From positions 54,364 to 118,363 of the forward strand of contig NIVC01002640.1 of the NCBI GenBank assembly GCA_002269645.1: a stretch of 64,000 nucleotides of DNA. The letters run 5' to 3'. The DNA comes from Macrostomum lignano (lineage: Eukaryota). A program made the translations under genes and the position numbers. Shown here one piece after another: positions 51,008 to 61,820 of the stretch; position 1 is the first letter of the stretch; every line of letters starts with the position of its first letter. The notes beneath the pieces were generated by a model. The model was given only the letters and a program-made list of their open reading frames with translations. It made no database searches and was not told where the DNA came from.

Positions 51008-51732
51008 GGTGGGTGGTGTAGTTGTGGTGGTGGGTGGTGTATTTGTGATGGTGGGTGGTGTAGTTGTGGTGGTGGGTGGTGTATTTGTGATGGTGGGTGG
51101 TGTATTTGTGATGGTGGGTGATGTATTTGTGGTGGTGGGTGATGTAGTTGTGGTGGTGGGTGGTGTAGTTGTGGTGGTGGGTGGTGTATTTGTGATGGTG
51201 GGTTGTGTAGTTGTGGTGGTGGGTGGTGTATTTGTGGTGGTGGGTTGTGTAGTTGTGGTGGTGGGTGGTGTATTTGTGATGGTGGGTGGTGTAGTTGTGG
51301 TGGTGGGTGGTGTATTTGTGGTGGTGGGTGGTGTATTTGTGATGGTGGGTGGTGTAGTTGTGGTGGTGGGTGGTGTATTTGTGGTGGTGGGTTGTGTAGT
51401 TGTGGTGGTGGGTGATGTAGTTGTGGTGGTGGGTGGTGTAGTTGTGGTGGTGGGTGATGTAGTTGTGGTGGTGGGTGATGTAGTTGTGGTGGTGGGTGAT
51501 GTAGTTGTGGTGGTGGGTGGTGTATTTGTGGTGGTGGGTGATGTATTTGTGGTGGTGGGTGGTGTAGCTGTGGTGGTGGGTGGTGTAGTTGTGGTGGTGG
51601 GTGATGTATTTGTGGTGGTGGGTGGTGTAGTTGTGGTGGTGGGTGATGTAGTTGTGGTGGTGGGTTGTGTATTTGTGGTGGTGGGTTGTGTAGTTGTGGT
51701 GGTGGGTGGTGTATTTGTGGTGGTGGGTGGTG
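51008..51732 (-). repeat. 21-bp repeat related to the mucin stalk repeat; open Pro/Thr-rich frame on the minus strand
   Basis: Unit ggtgggtggtgtagttgtggt versus ggtgggttgtgtagttgttgt in the mucin. A possible acceptor tttgtag| lies at ~51743. Confidence 0.85.
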
Positions 51733-51977
51733 TTTTGATGCCTACAAAGGCATCAAAACTTTCATTTTCACACTTCTATAAAGACGGCACGCACTTCCTC
51801 AAACCGATGTGGCGGTGACTCAACGAACTTCCTGCCATAGACAAAACAATTGTTGCAATTCCAGGCGTCTCTGCAGCGGCACCAGCTTCATCAAATTTCA
51901 TCAAGTTTTCTGTTTCACTCAATCAGTGCAAGCCTCGGGAGGCGCCATAATTGGACATCCGCCACTCTCTATTCAGC

Positions 51978-54900
51978 ATGAGGCAAGGCACCGCCCTGCA
52001 GCCGCTGCCAACACACCGGGCCCGTCACCGCCGCTGCCTGAGCCACCTCGAGTCCCGCCTGCTGCCCCCCGCCGACGGGGCCAGTCGGGGCCTGGAGATC
52101 CGCGTGGAATTCCTGGTGGCCAGGCCGAGGCGCCGGCGCCGGCCCAGAAGCAGCCAGATTCAGCGCCGGCAACTCATCGTGCACTCGCAGTTCCCGCTGC
52201 CGCAGGCGGACAAGCAGCCGGGGCGCAGCGAAGGCAGCAGTCTGGTGCGCCAGTTCCTGGAGGCAACCCTCGTGCAGGTGAAGACCGGCTGTCGCACCCG
52301 CAGGCGCAGCCAAGTGCCCACCAGCGGCACGGAAAATCCATGCAAGTCGCCAGCGTCCAAGGAGGCGCAAAGAAGAATAGCAACGGCGGTTTACCCTGCG
52401 ATAGCAACGCAGGCTGGCTGGCCCCGTTTTGCTGCTGAAGATGCCCAGCCGCCGGATCTTGACCAGGCGTGCTGCCACCTGGGCCAGCGTCCCGTCATCT
52501 CCCGCTCCATCCTGGGCTCTGACCTGGCCGGCCGGTTTGCCACGCAGCACCGGCTTGTGGTGCCCGGCGCCGTCTGTGGCGAGCGCCCGCCGCAGCCGTC
52601 GCAGCAGTTCTGCCAGGCTCTGCAGCTGTCCGCTCCCCGACTGCCATCAGTCGATGAAGCCGCCGCGGTGCGACTGCCTGGCGAAGTCGTGGAGCTCAAC
52701 AGCTGCGGCCTCCGCCAGATTGCCGGCCTGCCGGGGTCGACGGCAAGGCGCTGGGCCTCCCACCGGCTGCTACCCGGCCGGCCCGGATCCGCGCGCATCG
52801 CTGCAACCTGCCGATTTGGAGCCCAGACTGTCGCCGTCGCCATCAGGTTCGGGCCGATGACGCCGGCCTTCGCCGAGATCAAGAAACCGCAGGTCAGCAA
52901 AGCTGCCGCCGCCGGCAGGCGGTTCTGCTACGCCGCCAGCCACTGCCTGCGTCTGTCGGTGCGACCGGTAGCCGATCTCGGCATCCGACGCCTCCACCCG
53001 CTTCGTCCGGACGGCCGGCACCGCGGCGAGCTGGCGATGGCGTCCGCATCGGCCGCCACAATTCACTTCGGCAGAATCTTCACCGCCAACCCGAGCTGGC
53101 AGCTGGAGGCGCAGAAGCGTCCAGGTGGCCAAGCGGCAGTGCTTTTCTCTGGCGATGTCGGCGGAGATGCCAGCGGCTTCGATGACTCAAAGAAGGCGCC
53201 GAGCGACGCCAGCGGAGACCGGCGACTGTCCGCCGGCTCTGCCGGGCCGCGGTGGCAGGGGAACAACAGCAACACGAATGACTCGGAATCGCGCGGAAGC
53301 TCGCGCAACTCCGGCTGCTGGGACCATGTGTACCTGAAGTCTGAGAAGGAGGAGATGAGACTGGTTGAGCTGCATGACACGCAGGAGCGCTGCAGCACCG
53401 TCAGCACCGTCATGGGCATCGTCGGCTTCAAAGCTCCAATCTTCCTGGCCGTGCCGAATCACCTACTGCCCGCCCGCGCCATCCCCGTCATCTGCGGCAA
53501 CGTCATCGAGCTGGGAGACTGGGACGTGAACTGCTCGGAGCCGATGGCGCACACGGCCCAGCTCATGGCGCCTGGCTACGCCTTCTTCGAGGCCAGCGTC
53601 TGCTCCAACTACAGCGACGAGGAGGAAGTCGAGTTCCGCTTCGCCATCGTGGTGCCCGCGCCCGGCTCTGACTGCCCGGCCAAGTCGGAGCTTTTCGCCT
53701 GGGAGGGCGGCTTCGTCCGCCGGATGTCCGACTACAACAGGCATCCGGACGGCTTCCTGCTGTTCGGCCGGCCCGATCAGCTGCTCGATCCGCGTGACCT
53801 GCTGGAGCTGCCGGCTGGCCCGCCGGCGCGGTCGAAGTCCGTCTGGCCCGGCTGGCTCACCGACGTCGGCCAGGCAATGCTACTATTGCGCCTGCGGCCG
53901 CCGCTGCTGCAGCCCGACCGGGCGAGCCTGCTTCACCGGCCACTCGGCGTGGAGCTCTCGGCCAAAGACGCCTCCGGGGCGACGCTGACGCCCAACCTGC
54001 GAGGACCTCTCCTGCTGGAGGGCGCCGAGCTGTACTCGCCGCTGCCTCCGCCTCCGCCTCCGCCTCCGCCTCCGCCTTCAACGGTGAAATCGTCGCCGCT
54101 TTCATCGCTGGACGGCGTCGAATGCTCATGTAGCTCGGACGACATGGACGACGATGGCAGCGGCATCAACTGGGTCCGGTTGGCCTCGGCCGCCAGTGCC
54201 CGGGTGGAATTCGCCCAGCAGGTGCCGCTAGGAGGCCCCGTGACCTGCCGCTTCCTGCTGCGCTTCCACGACACCGGCACAAACAGCTGCGACCGCGGCA
54301 CCTGCGTGGAGGCCGTCGCCCTGCTGCCGCTGACCGTCGACCTGGCCACTCCTGAGAAGCAAACTGTGACCTGCGACCTGCTGCTGACCGCCTCATCGCA
54401 GCAGCACATCGGCCAGCTGACTGTGGACATTGGAGTGGCCCACTGCTTCCAGCACAGTCCCCTGGACCTTGCTCGCTTTGTAGATCGGTGCGGCGCGACC
54501 GCGCCACTCCAGGACCCGGCGCCGATTCTTGTCCTGCCAATGCCAGCCACTTGGCTCCTGCCGATGGGCCCCGACACCTGGTCAGCGGCGACTGCGGCGT
54601 TTGCGGCAGTGACGCCGACCTCCAGGTACTTCGAGCTGCCTGTCGGGGTCTCACAGTCCGGCGTCCTGCGGCTTCTGCGGGCCGACGGCGCCAAGAGCAG
54701 CGGGCAGGCGCAGGACGGCGACCTCTGCCTCGCCTTCCCTCCGGACGCTCGGCTTGTGGTGCGCGTCGTCCTCGACGACTCCGCGCAGGTGAACCGGGGC
54801 GCCGACGCCCTGCTGGCCTCTCTTCTGCCAGCCTCGGAGCGCTGCGTCCTCGTGGCCGCCCACGACCTGCAGCTGTGCCTGGCGCTTAGCCTCAAGCAGT

Positions 54901-55178
54901 CGCGGCTGTCGTTGGCCTTCTTTGCCGCCAGCGTCTCCGAGGCTGCCGCGGCTCTTGACATCTGCCGGCACTTCGGCCTGCGCGCCGTGGCAGTCCCGGC
55001 CGAGCAGCTCTTTGACGATCGGCCAGATGGGCGGGCGCTGGCGGAGGCGGCGAGGGTCTGTGGAGTTGCCCTGTACGCCTACGGCGGCTGCGGGGCTGCT
55101 GACGACGCCGGCCAAGCGGCGACCTTCCACCTGGAGGGAGTCTTCGGCAGCGGCACGGTGGTGGGCACCGCGCATTGA
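51978..55178 (+). CDS. GPCPD1/GDE5-related protein: degenerate GDPD, CBM20, C2-like and second degenerate GDPD
   Basis: 1066-aa frame from ATG 51978, preceded by acceptor ctctctattcag|. CBM20 motif ICGNVIELGDWD..VEFRFAI..WEGG, then GWLT and IGQLTVD as in GPCPD1. The C-terminal segment aligns by eye to the GDPD barrel (ERCVLVAAHDLQLCLALSLKQ ~ KRRIVFSSFDADICTMVRQKQ). Confidence 0.75.
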   Translation: MRQGTALQPLPTHRARHRRCLSHLESRLLPPADGASRGLEIRVEFLVARPRRRRRPRSSQIQRRQLIVHSQFPLPQADKQPGRSEGSSLVRQFLEATLVQVKTGCRTRRRSQVPTSGTENPCKSPASKEAQRRIATAVYPAIATQAGWPRFAAEDAQPPDLDQACCHLGQRPVISRSILGSDLAGRFATQHRLVVPGAVCGERPPQPSQQFCQALQLSAPRLPSVDEAAAVRLPGEVVELNSCGLRQIAGLPGSTARRWASHRLLPGRPGSARIAATCRFGAQTVAVAIRFGPMTPAFAEIKKPQVSKAAAAGRRFCYAASHCLRLSVRPVADLGIRRLHPLRPDGRHRGELAMASASAATIHFGRIFTANPSWQLEAQKRPGGQAAVLFSGDVGGDASGFDDSKKAPSDASGDRRLSAGSAGPRWQGNNSNTNDSESRGSSRNSGCWDHVYLKSEKEEMRLVELHDTQERCSTVSTVMGIVGFKAPIFLAVPNHLLPARAIPVICGNVIELGDWDVNCSEPMAHTAQLMAPGYAFFEASVCSNYSDEEEVEFRFAIVVPAPGSDCPAKSELFAWEGGFVRRMSDYNRHPDGFLLFGRPDQLLDPRDLLELPAGPPARSKSVWPGWLTDVGQAMLLLRLRPPLLQPDRASLLHRPLGVELSAKDASGATLTPNLRGPLLLEGAELYSPLPPPPPPPPPPPSTVKSSPLSSLDGVECSCSSDDMDDDGSGINWVRLASAASARVEFAQQVPLGGPVTCRFLLRFHDTGTNSCDRGTCVEAVALLPLTVDLATPEKQTVTCDLLLTASSQQHIGQLTVDIGVAHCFQHSPLDLARFVDRCGATAPLQDPAPILVLPMPATWLLPMGPDTWSAATAAFAAVTPTSRYFELPVGVSQSGVLRLLRADGAKSSGQAQDGDLCLAFPPDARLVVRVVLDDSAQVNRGADALLASLLPASERCVLVAAHDLQLCLALSLKQSRLSLAFFAASVSEAAAALDICRHFGLRAVAVPAEQLFDDRPDGRALAEAARVCGVALYAYGGCGAADDAGQAATFHLEGVFGSGTVVGTAH

Positions 55179-55374
55179 GCTCTCGAGAAACTGTTGACTT
55201 TGATTTTGTAGGCCATTGAATGTCCCTTCGCGGTTGCCATAGAAACGCCACCGCCTGGAAAGCTTTAGGCGAACTTATTCAAATATAATTTTCCATCGAG
55301 GCGCACTAGCTGAAGGCAAAACTTTTCTGTTTGAAATCGGCTGGGCATTTTCGAGTGCTTTCGTATCAGGTAAC

Positions 55375-55535
55375 ACTGCTGTGCCTGTCACCTGTCACTG
55401 GTGTACCTGTCACCTGTCACTGCTGTACCTATCACCTGTAACTGCTGTACCTGTCACCTGTCACTGGTGTACCTGTCACATGTCACTGCTGTACCTGTCA
55501 CCTGTCACTGCTGTACCTGTCACCTGTCACTGCTA
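55375..55535. repeat. 22-bp minisatellite (cctgtcacctgtcactgctgta)
   Basis: About 7 units. Confidence 0.92.
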
Positions 55536-55974
55536 TCCCAGTCCCCTGTCATCTCACTCAGCCCTATCCCTCAGCCCTCCAAAACTCACAAACTCTCCAT
55601 CTCATCTCTCCAGACAAATGCATAAATCAATAGAAAGATATAAAACTGCTACATCAATAGGCTTTCAAATGCGGGCTTCCAGAAACTTGCTAACGCTGCG
55701 GCTGATTCGCAGGTGCTGCGCCATGGCTTAGTCAGGTTTATTTTTAGTTTTTCACACAGTCGGAGTGTCTACTATCAGTAATATTTACAGTTGCTCAAAG
55801 TTACAATACAGTACAGTTTTTTTTCAAACCAGGTAGTGTATAACGTACTATGCGCTGTGGCGGCATAAGGCCAAAATTTAAGCAGAACAAACACCTATTT
55901 ATTTTCTTCGTTTGCATTTGGAGTAAGCATTTAGCTGGCTACGGGAAATGGGTGGGGATCTAAAGGCTGAGAAT

Positions 55975-56212
55975 AGATTTGGATTGGGATCTATAGGCTG
56001 AGGATAGATTGGGATCTATAGGCTGGTAATAGATTGGGAGCTATAGGCTGAGAATGGATTGGGATCTATAGGCTGGGAATAGATTGGGATCTATAGGCTG
56101 AGAATAGATTGGGATCTATAGGCTGAGAATAGATTGGGATCTATAGGCTGGGAATAGATTGGGATCTATAGGCTGGGAATAGATTGGTATTCGGATCTAT
56201 AGGCTGAGAATA
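55975..56212. repeat. 25-bp minisatellite (gattgggatctataggctgagaata)
   Basis: About 9 units, downstream of the Hox stop codon. Confidence 0.93.
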
Positions 56213-56347
56213 GAAGGCGAATGAAAATAACTAGGGATCTAAAAGCACAAGAAAGGATCAGGTACAGTGGCAGTTAAGTTTGTAGAGAGCAAGTGACAGT
56301 GGAGGTCAAACAGAAGAGGTCAAGCGATATTCTGGCCATTTCGATCA

Positions 56348-56715
56348 TCAGCTGTTCCTGTTCTGCCGGCCGCCTCGCCTGCGGCGCTCCACGCAATTTA
56401 CCACCGCGGCAAGCTGTCCAGCATCCTCTTCATCTTCATCATCCTCTTCTTCGGCCTCATCTTCCGGTTTGACGCCCGGCCCGCAGGTGGTGGAAAGGTT
56501 GATGAAGCGGATCTGCTGCTTCTCCTTTTTCAACTTCATCCGGCGATTTTGGAACCAGATTTTCACCTGCCGCTCGGACAGGTCGAGCTGGTTCGAGATC
56601 TCGATGCGCCGCCGCCTGTTCAGGTAGTTGCTGAATTTGAACTCCTTCTCCAGCTCCAGCGTCTGCTGCCGGGTGTACGTCTGCCTGCCGCGCCTGCGGT
56701 GCACCGAGTTTGGTC
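56348..56715 (-). CDS. Lox4: Central-class Hox gene (Lox4/Ubd-A type), exon 2 with homeodomain
   Basis: [26 protein letters not shown]...RRRRIEI...[26 protein letters not shown]. The GPNS linker, KLKKE and Ubd-A-like parapeptide point to Lox4/Lox2/Ubx/abd-A. Acceptor ccccgtccag|. Confidence 0.9.
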
Positions 56716-56756
56716 CTGGACGGGGCGGCAAGTGCTGCGAGCTGTCACACGCTTGA

Positions 56757-57232
56757 GTAGGCCGCCCCCCTAATCCTTCAGTAGGCTGCCCCCTAATCCT
56801 TCAGTAGGCTGCCCCTCTAATCGTTTAGTAGCCCCCCCATCCTTCAGTAGGCTGCCCCCCCCAATCCTTCAGTAGGCTGCCCCCCCCCAATCCTTCAGTA
56901 GGCTGCCCCCTAATCCTTCAGTAGGCTGCCCCTCTAATTCTTTAGTAGCCCCCTCCCCAATCCTTCCGTAGGCCGCCCCCCTAATCCTTCAGTAGGCTGC
57001 CCCCCATCCTTCAGTAGGCTGCCCCCACATCCAACTCAGTAGGCTGCCCCCATCCTTCAGTAGGCTGCCCCCCATCCTTCAGTGGGCTGCCCCCATCCTT
57101 CAGTAGGCTGCCCCCCATCCTTCAGTAGGCTGCCCCCCATCCTTCAGTAGGCTGCCCCCATCCTTCAGTAGGCTGCCCCCCATCCTTCAGTAGGCTGTCC
57201 CCCATCCTTCAGTAGGCTGCCCCCCTCCCTAA
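56757..57232. repeat. ~21-bp minisatellite (ccccatccttcagtaggctgc) in the Hox intron
   Basis: Directly visible. Confidence 0.95.
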
Positions 57233-57821
57233 TCCTTTATTGGGCCGCATCAAATCACACCCCAAATGCCTGATACGTTTTTAAACAAGCTAGAAGCACT
57301 CTTATGCTGCTAATATTTAGTAGTCTGTTAGGTTAGTGTTTGTAAATGATAAAAGACTCAAATTAAAAGTATTAATAGAACCATGGCATAATCTGCTATA
57401 CATTTCTCGCTGCAAGATCACTCTGTTTTGCACTAAAAACTTTTCACTTAAATTTTTCTCAGCGCGCCCCAGACGGGGAGTAAGGGCTCAGCGAATGCTA
57501 ATGCGATCCAGCGGGGGTTAACTGCATGGCTCTCATTGCTGGCTTGCCTGGCACAGTTCGCCGACACTTTCGGTGCCGGGCAAAAACAGAGGGTGGAATT
57601 GAGACCGGCTTAACATCTGGCTGTCTCTGTTCTGTCTCCTCACTGTGCTCCGGCTTGACTGCAGGTCTAGAAGAGGGCTCTGCATGGTCTGGGCTGAATT
57701 AATTAGCAAATTATGCGGAAAACCTTGACAAAAATTCTATTCTGCGTCAAATGCATTAGTGTGAAAGCAGGGAACTCTATAGGCTCAATTAACCTCGATG
57801 CTGGCAAAGGGAAGGCAGGGG

Positions 57822-59025
57822 GGAGTGAGACTGAGAGGGAGAGTGAGACAGAGAGGGAGAGTGAGACTAAGAGGGAGAGTGAGACTGAGAGGGAGAGTGA
57901 GACTGAGAGGAGAGTGAGACTAAGAGGGAGAGTGAGACTGAGAGGGAGAGTGAGACTGAGAGGAGAGTGAGACAGAGAGGAGAGTGAGACTAAGAGGGAG
58001 AGTGAGACAGAGAGGGAGAGTGAGACAGAGAGGGAGAGTGAGACTGAGAGGGAGAGTGAGACTGAGAGGGAGAGTGAGACTGAGAGGGAGAGTGAGACTG
58101 AGAGGGAGAGTGAGACTAAGAGGGAGAGTGAGACAGAGAGGGAGAGTGAGACTGAGAGGGAGAGTGAGACAGAGAGGGAGAGTGAGACAGAGATAGAGAG
58201 AGAGAGAGAGAGTGAGAGAGAGAGTGAGAGAGAGATATAGAGAGAGAGAGGAGAGAGAGAGAGAGTGAGACTAAGAGGGAGAGTGAGACTGAGAGGGAGA
58301 GTGAGACTGAGAGGGAGAGTGAGACTGAGAGGAGAGTGAGACAGAGAGGAGAGTGAGACTAAGAGGGAGAGTGAGACTGAGAGGGAGAGTGAGACAGAGA
58401 GGGAGAGTGAGACAGAGAGGGAGAGTGAGACAGAGAGGGAGAGTGAGACTGAGAGGGAGAGTGAGACAGAGAGGGAGAGTGAGACTGAGAGGAGAGTGAG
58501 ACAGAGAGGAGAGTGAGACTAAGAGGGAGAGTGAGACAGAGATATAGAGAGAGAGAGAGTGAGAGAGAGAGTGAGAGAGAGATATAGAGAGAGAGAGGAG
58601 AGAGAGAGAGAGTGAGAGAGAGAGAGTGATATAGAGAGAGAGGAGAGAGAGAGAGAGAGAGTGAGAGAGAGAGAGAGACAGAGAGTGATATAGAGAGAGA
58701 GGAGAGAGAGAGAGAGAGAGAGTGAGACAGCGAGAGTGAGATGGCGAGATAGCGAGAGTGAGATGGCGAGATAGCGAGAGTGAGATGGCGAGATAGCGAG
58801 AGTGAGATGGCGAGATAGCGAGAGTGAGATGGCGAGATAGCGAGAGTGAGATGGCGAGATAGCGAGAGTGAGATGGCGAGATAGCGAGAGTGAGATAGTG
58901 AGATAGCGAGAGTGAGATAGTGAGATAGCGAGAGTGAGATAGTGAGATAGCGAGAGTGAGATAGTGAGATAGCGAGAGTGAGATGGCGAGATAGCGGGAG
59001 TGAGATGGCGAGACAGAGACAAACA
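57822..59025. repeat. GA-rich compound repeat (gagagggagagtgagact; gagagtgagatggcgagatagc)
   Basis: Directly visible. The SHS/RVRLRG ORFs are artefacts. Confidence 0.96.
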
Positions 59026-59594
59026 CAATGTGTCACAGAGCGCACACAGAAGCCTGAGGTGAGACTTTCCCGTCGCTTCCGCAGTGGTTTATGCCGGCTC
59101 AGTGTGCAGAGCTGGCGCCAAAAGCGTGGGCGGCCATCTGCCCCGAAGCCCCCCCCCCAACGCTTCTGTCGCATTCACTTTCGACTGGCGCACCCGCCTG
59201 ACACCCGCTGAATTCCGCTCCAGTAGCTGCTGACAAATGCCCCCAAATCCCCTCTGCTCAGCTGAGCAGTTTTCACTTCCTGGCTTCTCAACGCTCCAAC
59301 TCGCGGTTGATTAGCTTAAAGCTGAAAGAGACTTTAAGAAAGTCTCTTAAAGTCTTTAAGACTTTAAGAGACTTGAAAGTCAAGCCTTGATTTTCAAAAC
59401 ATTTGTTTAAGAATGATTGCCATGAGAGGGGGAGGGCGCAGCTGGGCCGGAAATGGGGAGTCAATTTGCTATGGAATTTTATTTAGCGGAAATATAGACT
59501 AACTGCCGGTCTCGGGCCCAATGACCCCGAAGAGACAGCTCAGCCCGCTTTGCTGGCTCACGAATTTGAGAAAAGAGCAATGAAGGCCCTAAGT

Positions 59595-60925
59595 TGTGGA
59601 CATTGTGGAGCTAAATTGGACATTGTGGAGCTAAACTGGACATTGTGGAGCTAAACTGGACATTGTGGAGCTAAACTTGCGGACATTTTGGAGCTAAATT
59701 GGAAATTGTAGAGCTAAATTGGACATTGTGGAGCTAAATTGGACATTGTGGAGCTAAACTGGACATTGTGGAGCTAAACTTGCGGACATTTTGGAGCTAA
59801 ATTGGAAATTGTAGAGCTAAATTGGACATTGTGGAGCTAAACTGGACATTGTGGAGCTAAATTGGACATTGTGGAGCTAAACTGGACATTGTGGAGCTAA
59901 ACTGGACATTGTGGAGCTAAACTGGACATTGTGGAGCTAAACTGGACATTGTGGAGCTAAACATGCGGACATTGTGGAGCTAAATAGGACATTGCGGAGC
60001 TGAATTGGACATTGTGGAGCTAAACTGGGCATTGTGAAGCTAAATTTGACATTTTCGAGCTAAATTAGACATTGTGAAGCTAAACTGGACATTGTGGAGC
60101 TAAACTTGCGGACATTTTGGAGCTAAATTGGACATTGTGGAGCTAAACTGGGCATTGTGGAGCTAAACTGGACATTGTGGAGCTAAACTGGACATTGTGG
60201 AGCTAAACTGGACATTGTGGAGCTAAACATGCGGACATTTTGGAGCTAAATTGGACATTGTGGAGCTAAATTGGACATTGTGGAGCTAAATTGGACATTG
60301 TGGAGCTAAACTGGACATTGTGGAGCTAAACTGGACATTGTGGAGCTAAACTTGCGGACATTTTGGAGCTAAATTGGACATTGTGGAGCTAAACTGGACA
60401 TTGTGGAGCTAAACTGGACATTGTGGAGCTAAACATGCGGACATTTTGGAGCTAAATTGGACATTGTGGAGCTAAATTGGACATTGTGGAGCTAAACTGG
60501 ACATTGTGGAGCTAAATTGGACATTTTCGAGCTAAATTAGACATTGTGGAGCTAAACTGGACATCGTGGAGCTAAACTGGACATTGTGGAGCTAAATTGG
60601 ACATTGTGGAGCTAAACTGGACATTGTGGAGCTTAACTGGACATTGTGAAGCTAAACTGGACATTGTGGAGCTAAACTGGACATTGTGGAGCTAAACTGG
60701 ACATTGTGGAGCTAAACTGGACATCGTGGAGCTAAATTGGACATTGTAGAGCTAAACTGGACATTGTGGAGCTAAACTGGACATTGTGGAGCTAAACTGG
60801 ACATTATGGAGCTAAACTGGACATTGTGGAGCTAAACTGGACATTGTGGAGCTAAACTGGACATTATGGAGCTAAACTGGACATTGTGGAGCTAAACTGG
60901 TCATTTTAGACTAAACTGGACATTG
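59595..60925. repeat. 20-bp minisatellite (tggacattgtggagctaaac), ~65 copies
   Basis: Directly visible, ending ~40 bp from the Hox exon 1 donor. Confidence 0.97.
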
Positions 60926-60964
60926 GTGCACTAAATCAAACACACTGGCAGCTCGCAGCCTCAC

Positions 60965-61628
60965 CGATGACGGTCATCCAAGGCCACAACTTGGCCGCAT
61001 CGCCGGGCCCGCCCGTCTCGTCGGCCGCAGCCGCCGCCGCAGCCGCCGCCGCCGCTGTGTCGTCCAAATCCACCACGGCGTCTGCATCTTCCTCGTCCTC
61101 GTTGTCGATGTCGATGTCGTTCGGGTCGTCGTCTGGCCCGCTAGCGGCCACGGCGGCCACGGCGGTCAGGCCGCCGCGAACCCGGTGCTGCAGGCTGCGC
61201 ACCGCGGCGTCCATCTGCAGTAGCGAGGCGCTCGTCGGCGCCGCCGCCCCCGTGGCCGCCGACACTCCGCCGCTGAAATAGCTGGCAGCCACCGCTGCTC
61301 CGGCGGCTACGGCGGCCGCCGCGGCCGACTGAGCGGAGGAGAAACGCTCTGTCCAGGGCTGCGAATCTGGCTGAGGCTGCTGCTGCTGCTGCTGCTGCTG
61401 CTGATGGACATGCGGATGCTGCGGGTGATAATGATGAAGCTGCAGATGCTCGGGATGCTGCTGCTGCTGATGGAGCTGATGCTGATAGTTTGACAGCGGT
61501 TGAAATGTCAGACTGTCTGACTGGTGCGCCGGGCTGACCGTCGACGCGGCCGCCACCGCCGCCGCGCTGAAAGCCGAAGGCTCAGCCACCGGTTCGTGCA
61601 GGACGCCGCCCAGACTGAAATAGTTCAT
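60965..61628 (-). CDS. Lox4: Lox4-type Hox gene exon 1 (with hexapeptide)
   Basis: MNYF start typical of Hox N-termini, Ala/Gln/His runs, hexapeptide LWPWMTVIG and donor G|GTGAGG in phase 1. Joins exon 2 to give 343 aa. Confidence 0.88.
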
Positions 61629-61632
61629 GCCA

Positions 61633-61820
61633 GCTGGGAACTGCCGGAGCTGCTTAGCTGGGAACTGCCGGAGCTGCTTAGCTGGGAACTGCCGGAGTCG
61701 CTTAGCTGGGAACTGCCGGAGCTGCTTAGCTGGGAATTTTCGGAGCTGCTTAGCTGGGAACTGCCGGAGCTGCTTAGCTGGGAATTTTCGGAGCTGCTTA
61801 GCTGGGAACTGCCGGAGCTG
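61633..61820. repeat. 24-bp minisatellite (gctgggaactgccggagctgctta), ~8 copies, abutting the Hox ATG
   Basis: Directly visible, ending 4 nt upstream of the start codon. Confidence 0.96.

Noticed and set aside
51009-51818. 269-aa Val/Gly-rich plus-strand ORF as a membrane protein
   Set aside because: It is the antisense reading of a Pro/Thr mucin-type 21-bp repeat.
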